Positions 24,944 to 35,008 of a DNA stretch of 64,000 bases are shown piece after piece. The stretch is from Mobula hypostoma. Taxonomy: Eukaryota. The number at the start of each line of letters is the position of its first letter. Position 1 is the first letter of the stretch. The notes below the pieces were generated by a model, which was not told where the DNA came from, did not search any database, and saw only the letters and a list, made by a program, of their open reading frames with translations. The position numbers and the translations under genes are program-made. The stretch covers positions 26,848,001-26,912,000 of the forward strand of contig NC_086109.1 of assembly GCF_963921235.1 (NCBI RefSeq), written 5' to 3'.

Positions 24944-25126
24944 CCCCTCCCCCTCCAGCTTTCAAATCCCTTACTCACTCTTCCTTCAGTTAGTCCTGAC
25001 GAAGGGTCTCGGCCTGAAACGTTGACTGCACCTCTTCCTAGAGATGCTGCCTGGCCTGCTGCGTTCACCAGCAACTTTGATGTGTGTTGCTTGAATTTCC
25101 AGCATCTGCAGAATTCCTGTTGTTGT
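24944..25126 (+). mobile_element. 183-bp Penelope 3'-end insertion carrying a hammerhead motif (24992-25027)
   Basis: Nearly identical to 20640-20790; exact 14-bp TSD TGACCCCTACATTC at 24930-43 and 25127-40. Confidence 0.85.
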
Positions 25127-25847
25127 TGACCCCTACATTCACACACAGCTGCCTGGCCCATCAAGTCTCAAACCCCTACGGCTTAACCATTGGTTACCTC
25201 TCGGTCATGATCACCGAAACTCTTCAACTGACCTTCATGTCACTGGTTATTACTAGGAGCTTTGTATGTAACCATTGCCTGCTGAAATTTACTACATTAC
25301 AACAGAGAGTACGCTTTCAGAAAATAAAACTCAAAATTGATATTCTGAGGTCAGAAAAGGTAGATTGTAAAGGAAGTTTCAAATGCAATATCACTATCTG
25401 TGAAGCACTCTTAAAGGCTAGCTTTATCGAAGAATGAAAATACATTGCTTCAAAATGTATCTTTCTTAACAACTCAGATCGTGTGGTGTTACGAAACTAA
25501 AGCCAACATGGCAATGCATAGGATCTGGAACGATCATATTTGAAACAGCTCTGATTTTACCTTAGACATTTTGTGCGCTTCCTGCCACTTTGGAATTTGC
25601 TTTGGGCTGGAAAGACAGATTTACTGTAATCACTCCTGGAAGAGTTACAGATACTTTAATCCTCAAATGAAAAATGAGCTGCTGGAGGAGCTTAATGTGT
25701 TAGGGACCATCTGGGAATGGAAATGGACACTTGACATTTCATCTGGATCTTTCATTACCTTTGACCGGTCCAGATGATGGATCTTGATCTGAAGTGTCAA
25801 CTGTCATTTTCCTCCACAGATACTGCCTGACCCATTGAGTTCTCCAG

Positions 25848-26099
25848 TGTCACAAATACGAGAAAATCTGCAGATACTGGAATTCCAAAGCAACACACAC
25901 AAAGTGCTGGAGGAACTCAGCAGGCCAGGCAGCATCTATGGAAAAGAGTAAACAGTCGACATTTTGGGCTTAGACCCTTCACTGGGACTGGTAAACAGCC
26001 AGCTGAGTCCTGATGTAGGGTCTTAGTCTGAAACATCAACTGTTTACTCTTTTCCACAGATGCTGCCTGGCCTGCTGAGTTCCTCCAGCATTTTGTGTG
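25848..26099. mobile_element. Fold-back (palindromic) Penelope-derived mini-element nested in an older similar palindrome (about 25665-26160)
   Basis: About 94-bp inverted arms (25896-25989 and 26006-26099); flanking direct repeat TTCTCCAG at 25840-47 and 26103-10. Confidence 0.75.
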
Positions 26100-26424
26100 A
26101 GTTTCTCCAGCAGCCTTTTTTTTTGCTCCAGATGCCAGCATTTGTAGTGTCTTGTGTCTCCAAGGAATTTTGGGTACTATCACTGTATATAACTTAATAA
26201 CAACTCATTTTCTTAGCCATAAATTGACCTGCTGATAATTTATTAGCTAAATCCTTTTACAGTCTGGAGCCACAGTAATTATGTTCCCAGTGCAAAATGG
26301 CATACAACATTTATTCTTCAGATTTGTGTTCTATGTGAGGTCTTACAACCTGAAAGGGGTTCTCAAATGTTATTCCAAGTGAAATCTTTTCTTAGAGAAT
26401 TTGGTGAACAATAATTATTGTGAT

Positions 26425-26982
26425 TGTCGTAGCGTGGATGAAATCACTGGAGAGACAGAGTTACTGGTAGATACAAAGCAGCTTCTTTATTCGACACAAG
26501 GTACAGCAGGCATCATACAGACGGAGACACATTTGGTAGAAAGGTCTGCTAGCCCAATGTGGGCTCGATATTTATATGCTAAATACAAAGGCAATCGCTA
26601 CTTAAAAAGTTATAGACAATGCTTCCTTTTGAAGCTACATACAAACATCACACCTTGTGAATTCATCCTTTCCTTTCAACGCCAACATGTCTGGGTTGGT
26701 ATTCACAGCCTTTAGGAATGCAAGTTAAATCCACAATACATTTATTTGGCATTTTATTTGCTAACATAGAAGACAATTAATATTGATAGAGTATAGATAA
26801 TAATGTCTTCGAAACTACAGCATCTGGTCAAACTACGGCGCCAGAGCATCTGGTATTCACACCTTTTTAGGAAGCACGTTGTTGTGGACTCAATCCACAG
26901 TACTTTGTCAAATAGAAGTCTGGTGGCCGAAGTCATTTAAGTGTAAGCAAATCATCTATCCAAAATAAAACTCACTCTAACA
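26425..26982 (-). mobile_element. Solo LTR (558 bp)
   Basis: TGTCG...TAACA termini; exact 5-bp TSD GTGAT at 26420-24 and 26983-87; TATA-like and AATAAA motifs on the minus strand; a related decayed copy lies at about 58704-59150. Confidence 0.8.
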
Positions 26983-27897
26983 GTGATTTGCAATCACCCT
27001 TACTGTGATTCCTTATAGCCTTCCCGATAGGTCCCTCTCGATGTTACCCATTCTTATAGTCTCTGTTCTTTATCCATACAGTCTAGAGTGTCAAAGATAC
27101 TGCATTCTTCCACAAGAGGGCATCAAGCTTTACTGATGCTGTGATCTGCAGTCCCTCACGGAGTCTCCACCTCACCAGGACCTGTGGCTCCTTGCAGCTG
27201 TCCAGTCCATTACAGTCACAATAGGGAATGCACTCTCTCCCTCCCCGTTGTTACCTCACACCTGAAAGGCCATCTGTTTCGCCGCTATACAGTGACTACT
27301 GAACAGAGAGTTCATTAAGCAACGATTCATTTCCTAGCCGTCAGCATAGCAATGCAATAGCAGCTGCAGACTCGACTAGAGGTGATATTGGGAAATGTGG
27401 GAACTGCGCAGTGCGCAAGTGTGTGCTAAATATCACAACACTAAAATATTTTCATCCAATTTCATGAATTGTTGGCCCATTAGCTTTACATGCACACCAG
27501 AAAAAAAGTAAACTCCATCATCTAGGAAACTGACCAATGGCAATGGCATTCTTTGTATAAAATACCCTTTGTAAATCCTTTCTCAGTTTAGTTCCTCTTG
27601 CTTCGTCTGGAGGAATCTGAACCAGTTTTCTTAGATTGTATGCAATGCCTGGGAAAGTGCAATGTCATTCACTTTCCCAGATCGCCATAGAAGCTGAGGG
27701 GTTTGAGCAAATTTTCCAGCATTTGGAGCAAGGTGCAAAGTTGGACATCCTTCATGTTCTTGGGCATCCGCCTGCCTACACATACATGACGACCATTTCA
27801 CAGCTCTTTTTTTTAATAGGCTATTATTGGAGGAGGATAAATGTTATCTTGTTTTTATCCACTACTTTTAACAGCAATATCTTTATCTTTTTTTCAG

Positions 27898-28083
27898 CTG
27901 AGTGAGGGCAACGTGATGCTAAACGTGTATCGCTCGAGCAGCCAAGTCACAGCTCTGACAATGAAACAATTAAAAGTGAATGATGGTGATTGGCACCATT
28001 TGCAGCTAGAGCTTCGAAGTTCCAAAAATGGAAAAGAGACCAAATACACAGTTCTCATGTCAATAGACTATGGGCATCATCAG
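27898..28083 (+). CDS. CELSR2: CELSR2-like exon B (laminin-G 2), phase 0 to 0
   Basis: ttttcag|CTG AGT GAG...CAT CAG|gtaatg; LSEGNVML...VNDGDWHHLQL...SIDYGHHQ, with the LamG NDGxWH motif. Confidence 0.93.
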
Positions 28084-28320
28084 GTAATGACTGCAAGCAT
28101 AAGATATTAAGTTAGTGAAGAAATAAACTGAATTGGGTTCGAAACATGTCTATAAATAACTTCCTGTAATTTATAAATAAATAAATCTCACCATCTATAT
28201 GCTTGCTTGCTGATTTATCTATTTACTTAGATAGATAGATACAGCATGCAATAGGCCCTTCTGGCCCTTAGAGTTGTGCTGCCAACAACCCCTGATTTAA
28301 CCTTAGCCTAATCATGGGAC

Positions 28321-28632
28321 GCGTTGGCATGTGGCCAAGTGGCTGAGGCATCGGTCTAGTGATCTGAAGGTCGCTAGTTCGAGCCTCAGCTGAGGCAGCG
28401 TGTTGTGTCCTTGAGCAAGGCACTTAACCACACAGTGCTCTGTGACGACACCGGTGCCAAGCTGTATGGGTCCTAATGCCCTTTCCTTGGACAACATCAG
28501 TGGCGTGGAGAGGGGAGACTTGCAGCATGGGCAACTGCTGGTCTTCCATACAATCTTGCCCAGGCCTGCGCCCTGGAAACCTTCCAAGGCGCAAATCCAT
28601 GGTCTCACGAGACTAACGGATGCCTATTACAT
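28321..28632 (+). mobile_element. tRNA-head SINE inserted in an older antisense SINE (about 28230-28830)
   Basis: A-box TGGCCAAGTGG, B-box AGTTCGAGCC, central GTGTCCTTGAGCAAGGCACTTAAC; exact 12-bp TSD TAATCATGGGAC at 28309-20 and 28633-44. Confidence 0.85.
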
Positions 28633-29931
28633 TAATCATGGGACAATTTACAATGACCAATTAACCTACCAATTAGAACGTCTTTGGTCTGTGGGAGGAA
28701 ACCAGAGCCCCCAGAGGAAACCCATGTCATGAGGAGAACATACAAACTCCTCACAGACAGTGGCAGGAATTGAACCTGGATCGCTAGTACTGTAGAGATT
28801 TATATTAACCAGTACGCTACAGCGCCACTCCCAAGGACATCTCTAATGTCTCAACAAGAAATATACACCTGCTTTCTGGAACTGGGCTACGAATTAAGAT
28901 TTTTATGATTAGCTTTATCTGTCACATCGAAACATACAGTGATATGTATCATTTGTGCCAACAAACAACACAGTCCAAGGATGTGATGTACTGGGAGCAG
29001 CCTGCAAACATCGGCATGTTCTTGCACCAATATAGCATGCCCACAACCCGCTAACCCTAACCACAGATCTTTGTAATGTGGGAGAAGACCAGATCACCCA
29101 GAAGAAACTCACACAGACACGAGGAGAACATACAACCTCCTTACAGACAACAGCAGGATTGACCCCAGGTTGCTGACACTGTGAAGTGTTACACTAACCA
29201 CTCTGCCACCCACAGTATAGGTCATGCCAGCTCAGTATTAAACTCCTGGCCCACACTGAGTTTTCCAGAATTCTCTGAGGAGATAATATACAATTGAAGT
29301 TAGCCTGAGTGATCCCAATATGGGGATTCCTAGGAGGGTCTCTGAAACTAGTATTATTAACCAATCAAAACAGAGGTTTTGCATGCAGGCACATGCCCTG
29401 AGGAAGGAGATGCTTAGCTCTCACCCTATTAACTATCAAGTAGCACTGTAGTCTCCGGACTCCGTATGAGAAATGATCAGTGGGGTGATGTAATGGTAAA
29501 AATGCCATCACTGATAGATCATTATCCACACGGCCTTCAACCGGGAGCAGACACAGACAAAAAAATTGGAAAGAAATTAGGTCATATTGTCAATTTAAAA
29601 TTCCGTAATTTTCTTTCTTTTTGGCATTTGGTGAAATGTCTTCGGGAACCAAACCCTTATCATCTGGGATCACTGTGCATTTTGAATGCATATTTTTGAA
29701 TTGTGTGTCCCTGCACACAAAAAAAAACCTCCAATCACCCACGCAAAAGGAGCAACAATTGATCTCCCCGTTTATGCTTTTTCCCTTCATCCCGTGCTCA
29801 GGTTCCCTCCTCCACAATGCTCATCCATTTTCTGTTCTGACTATTACATGCTCCCTGCCTTCTTTTGGAGGTAAGAGAGTGTTCCCGATCTGATTTCTCA
29901 TCTCTCTATGGTAATGCTTCAGTCTTGACCG

Positions 29932-30490
29932 TACACTCAATGGCCACTTTATAAGATACCTCCTGTACCAAATAAAGTGGCCACTGTGTGTATGTTTGTG
30001 GTGTTCTCCTGCTGTCACCCATCATCTTCAAGGGTCGATGTGTTGTGAGTTCAGAACGCTCTTCTGCACACTGCTGTTGTACTGCGTGGTTATATGAGTT
30101 ACTGTCACCTTCTTGTCGGCTTGAACCAGTCTGGCCTTTCTCCTCTGACCTCTCTCATTAATAAGGCATTTTACCCACAGAACAGCCCCTCACTGAATGT
30201 TTTGTTTGTCACCATTCTGTGTATACTCTGGAGTCCGCTGTGTGTGAATATTTCAGGAGATCAGCAGTTTCTTAGATACTCAAGCCATCACATAGTGCAG
30301 CAGCAATCATTACACAGTCAAAGTCACTTTAGGTCACATTGCTTCCCCACTCTGATGTTTGGTCTGAACAATAACTGAACCGCTTGACCATGTCTGCATG
30401 CTTTTATGCAATGAGTTGCTGCCACATGATTGGTAATTAGATACTAGCATTAACGAGCAGGTGTACCTCCTGAAGTTCCCATTGTGTGTA
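29932..30490. mobile_element. Non-autonomous Tc1-like element; a partial related copy lies at about 24568-24705
   Basis: TA-CACTCAATGGCCACTTTAT terminus, decayed opposite terminus ending TGTGTGTA, and a roughly 60-bp terminal palindrome shared with the 24568 copy. Confidence 0.65.
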
Positions 30491-31202
30491 AATGCTTTCT
30501 ATTCCTAGAAAGAGGGCAGAAATATTTGCCAAATCTTTCTCCATTCATCAATATCCAGAAAGGCATCAGAAAATATTAGTCAACCACATTGGAGAATTTT
30601 ACAAATGTTATGTTAAGTTAATGTTTGTGCTCGTTACAAGATCAGAATCAGAATCACCAGTATGTGAAACATACCAAAATTGATTGTGGTTTGGTGCCGA
30701 GCATAAAACACAGGACAATACCGTAACAGACAACACAATAGCAACCAACAACCTACAAGGCAATGGTGCAGTCATAAGCAATCACTAGCTAGCAGAACGA
30801 TCACAAGTGCCAATGTCAATAATCAAACTTAAATAAATGTGAACATATGAACAGACTAAATAATTGTAAACAGAACAAGAAGAGCAGGATGTTGTGCAGG
30901 GACAGTTAGGATATTATGCCTGAGTGAGTTTTGTTGAGAAGCTGGATAGCTAGAGGAAAGAAGCTTCGGAGATGATGTGTGGTCCTGGCGGTGATGGACT
31001 TGTAGAGTCTCCCTGATGGCAATTATTTTAATAGGTGACTGCTAGGTTGGTGGAGTCAGCAGTTTTTTTTTCTGTTCTGACGACGAACAGGTTGTTTAAT
31101 GACATTCTTCACTGAGTGGACCACCCGCTACAGCTTGTACTTGGAGAAGGAGGAGGCTGCGGGAAACCAAACAGTGATAGAGGAGGTCACAACATTCTCA
31201 AT

Positions 31203-31413
31203 TACTGTTGTTCCTCTCCACACCTTGTGGCGCATCAGGCAGAAACCTTTGCCATTTCCTTGGCGTTTGTCTGTGTTTTTAAAAAAAGAGCCCAGTTGCT
31301 AGCTCAGCGCTCAGCTGAGCAAGGATGGAAAGTATGTAAGGAGCCGGCCAGATTCGAACCCGAGACCACTTGCCTTGAAATCTGGTGCGGATGCCACTAC
31401 ACCACCAGCCAAC
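31203..31413 (-). mobile_element. tRNA-head SINE
   Basis: A-box TGGTGTAGTGG and B-box GGTTCGAATC on the minus strand; 7-bp TSD TCTCAAT at 31196-202 and 31414-20; removing it restores the host LINE reading frame. Confidence 0.8.
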
Positions 31414-31641
31414 TCTCAATCATAGTTGAGTAAAAATTCATTGGTATACTTCCCAAGATGTTAAGTTTCCTAAGCTGGAGTAGGAAGGACAATCTCTGCT
31501 CAGCTTTCCTCGTGATGAGTGTAACGTGCTTGCTCCACTTCAATGCATTGGTAATGGTAGCCCCTAGGAATTTGAATGACTCGACCACAGAAACAGCCTG
31601 ACCATTAATTTCCAACGCAGGGAACATTTCAGGACATTTCC

Positions 31642-32157
31642 AAGGAAGGACATTCTTGCTATGGAGGGAGTGCAGCATAGGTTCACTGGGATAATTCCAG
31701 GGATGGCGGGAATGTCATATGTTGAAAGATTGGAGCGACTGGGCTTGTATACACTGGAATTTAGAAGGATGAGAGGGGATCTGATTGAAACATATAAGAT
31801 TATTAAGGAACTGGACATGCTAGAGGCGGGAAACGTTCCTGATGTTGGGGGAGTCCAGAATCAGAGGCCACAGTTTAAGAATAAAGGATGGACCATTTAG
31901 AACGGAGTTGAGGAAAATCTTTTTCACACAGAGGGTTGTGGATCTGTGGAATGCTCTGCCTCAGAAAGCAGTGGAGGCCAATTCTCTGGATTCTTTCAAG
32001 AAAGAGTTAGATAGCACTCTTAAAGATAGCAGAGTCAAGGGATATGGGGAGAAGGCAGGAACAGGGTGCTGATTGTGGATGATCAGCCATGATCACAGTG
32101 AATGGCGGTGCTGGCTCGAAGGGCTGAATGGCCTACTCCTGCACCTATTGTCTATTA
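31642..32157 (+). mobile_element. CR1 3' fragment inserted in the Rex1/Babar fragment
   Basis: MEGVQHRFT...RRMRGDLIETYKI and FFTQRVVDLWNALP; CTATTGT-type repeat tail. Confidence 0.88.
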
Positions 32158-32863
32158 TTAATAGCATTAAGCTCCAAGTTACTATGAGCATACCATGCTG
32201 CAAGATCATCTACCTCTCCTTGATAGCGAGTCACATCATTATTAGAGGTGAGACCAACTACAGTTCTGTCATCCACGAACTTGAGGACTTTAAAGCTTTT
32301 GTCTGTGGAGGTATAGTCATTTGTACAAAGTGAGAACAGGAGGGGTGAAAGAACACAGCCCTGCGGAGAGCCTGTGTTTATGCACATTGGATCGGACAAG
32401 TAGGAGCTTAGCCTTGCAGATAAATAAACATTTGGCACTGAATGAGGTGAGAGTAGAATATAATGTTCCCCTATGTCAGTGTTAATAACAGAACAATTGA
32501 GTGTTTGAAAACTTTTCAGATTTTTTGATACCTGGAACACCTCCATGTAACCTGTCTCATTCAATCTCTAATTGCCCTATTTCTTGTTATGTCGCACCCT
32601 GAAAGTCATCAAAACAAACAAACCTCTGGCACATCGTATGGCATGTATCCCAATGCAAACACAGTCAACTGGAGTGGCGCCACGCGGCAGGTTTTATGAA
32701 TGCCCTTTTGGTATCAAACAATGTGTAGCTAACATCTGAGCACTGTCAACTGGAAATAGAAGCTCAAGAGTAACAAAAACTGATAATCACACAGATTTTT
32801 TTTTTAAAAACCCAGCTCTTGTAACGACTTGTGCACTGAATGCTGATGTCATCTATTTCACAG

Positions 32864-32977
32864 ACCACGATGGAAATTGGTAACGAACTGCACGGGCTGA
32901 AGCTAAAAATGATCAGCATTGGTGGAGTCCCAGGCAATGATGGCAGTATACTTCATGGCTTTCGAGGATGTATGCAG
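32864..32977 (+). CDS. CELSR2: CELSR2-like exon C (end of laminin-G 2), phase 0 to 0; absent from the ORF track
   Basis: tttcacag|ACC ACG ATG...TGT ATG CAG|gtatag; TTMEIGNELHGLKLKMISIGGVPGNDGSILHGFRGCMQ (LamG GFRGC motif). Confidence 0.92.
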
Positions 32978-33316
32978 GTATAGCAAAGAGCAGAATGGTT
33001 GCTACCTCTGGTATACCATGGAGTCAGCTTCAGGCATTTTTAAAATTTCTTCATGGATAAATATATTATGAAACATTCAGTATTATCATACCAAATGGAA
33101 AGCTCCCCATGACAACTTGGTAGGTAACTGGACCATATAGACTGGAAACCAAGAAGATTTCAGATTTACCCTCTTGATGACAATGAGTCCTAAATTGGCA
33201 AAGGGTCAACCTTGCTCTGGTTCAAAAGGTGAAAAATTCTTTGCCTTCCTGTACACCTGAAAGCCCCAGATGGAAGTTCAAATGCAATGTTTAGAAAGTC
33301 AGTCAATTGTGTTTAA

Positions 33317-33662
33317 GACTATAAGACATAGGTGCAGAATTAGACCATTCGTCCTATTGAGTCTGATCCACCAATTCCATCATGACTGATTTTTTATCCC
33401 TCTTGATCTTGCTTTCTCCATGTAACATTGATGCTCATCCTAATCAAGGCCTAGCAACCTCTGCTTTAAATGTACCCAGCGACTTGGCCTCCACAGCTGT
33501 TGCGATGAACTCCACAGATTCACCACCCTCTAGCTAAAGAAATTCCTCCTCATCTCTGTTCCAACGGGGCACCCTTGTATCCTGAGGCTGTACCCTTTGG
33601 TTGTAGACATCCCCACTATAGGAAATATCATCTCCATGTCCACTCTATCTAGACCTTTCAAA
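33317..33662 (-). mobile_element. Antisense CR1 3' fragment
   Basis: Reverse complement of the CR1 3' end seen elsewhere in the window. Confidence 0.78.
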
Positions 33663-34014
33663 ATAGCCCTTATGGTGGAACACTAAACTCTTATTCACTA
33701 TTAGTGGATGCTTCAAATAAGTGTAAATGTGAAAGGAGCTTATGTCCCTGCTCACATTTCCCTAGGTATCAAAATTAGTGTTAAGTGCACATACAGTATG
33801 TGTTTTTGCCCAGTTCTTGCTTGTATGTTGGAATACTGTTATTTGATAACCTGTCAGATCTAAAAGGAGTTGGCCTTATTAGAAATACATGTGTTCCTGT
33901 TAAATAAAACCAGATTGTGTCTATTTGGGAGATATGTGTTCCACTCCTAATACTGCTACACTAAATCGCTTGATTCGAATAGAATTATGTGGCTATGTAA
34001 GTTAGTTTCTTTAA

Positions 34015-34610
34015 CACATATAGAATGCTGGAGGAACTCAGCAGGTCAGGCAGGTTCTATGGAAATGAATAAACTATTGATGCTTCAGGCCGAATCCCCT
34101 CTTTAGGACTGGAATGGAAGGGGAAATGTGCCAGAATAAAACGGTGTGAGGAGGGGAAGGAGAATAGCTAGAAAGGTAATAGGTGAAGCTGGGTGGGTAG
34201 GAAGAGGAAGAAATCTGATAGGAGAGGAGGGTGGACCAGAGGAAAAAGGGAAGGAGGAGGGGACCCAGAACGAGGTTATAGGCAGGTGAAGAGGTAAGAA
34301 GACAGAGTGGAGAATAGAAGAAAAGGGGAGGGGGAGTGATTTTTTTTACTGGAAGGTGAAATCGATATTCATGCCATTAAGTTGGAGGCTATCCAGACAG
34401 AATATAAGATGTTGCTCCTCCATGCTGAGGGTGGCCTCATCATGGTACAAGAGGAAACTATGGACCAACATGCCAGAATGAGAATGGGAATTGGAATTAA
34501 AATGTTTGGCTACCGGGAAGTTCTGCTTTTGGCACATGGAATGAAGGTGCTCAACGAAGCAGTCTTCCAATTTACAGTGGGTCTCACCAATTAGAGGAGG
34601 CTGCAATGGT
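34015..34610 (-). mobile_element. Older Penelope 3' fragment (GIY-YIG end plus terminal repeat)
   Basis: IGETHCKLEDCFVEHL...PVAKHFNS...EEQHLIFCL...GMNIDF; homologous to 20140-20790. Confidence 0.82.
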
Positions 34611-34833
34611 CTTAAGTTTCCTTAAGTAGCTGGTTTTATTTATCAAAATTATCGTTCCAACTGCTGCTAAAATTAAATGCAACCGGTATTTTATTGTGGT
34701 TCCAAGTGTGGAAATTCAGAAAGCAAAATATAGTTGTAATGCTTCTGAGCAGAAAGTGATGTTAAACCAATGCAGATGCACCTAAGTTGATTGCCTCAGT
34801 GAACTGCTGTAAAATTAGGTGTTTCTTCCTCAG

Positions 34834-35008
34834 GGGGTTCGAATTGGTGAGACGCCACTCACAGCTGTGGCCCTGAATATAAACCACGCCGAGAAGGTAA
34901 ACGTGGAGAGAGGTTGTAGCATTCCCGATCCCTGTGACTCCAGTCCATGTCCTACAAACAGCTACTGCAGTGACGATTGGGATAGCTATTCCTGTAGCTG
35001 TGACCCAG
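34834..35008 (+). CDS. CELSR2: CELSR2-like exon D (EGF-like), phase 0 to 1
   Basis: cttcctcag|GGG GTT CGA...GAC CCA G|gtaagg; GVRIGETP...GCSIPDPCDSSPCPTNSYCSDDWDSYSCSCDP. Confidence 0.95.

Larger units (their letters stand above)
30640..32400 (-). mobile_element. Decayed Rex1/Babar-type LINE fragment interrupted by a SINE and a CR1
   Basis: TGSPQGCVLSPLLF, KFVDD, VESFKFLG and FYSTMIE|NVVTSSITVWF on the minus strand. Confidence 0.8.
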
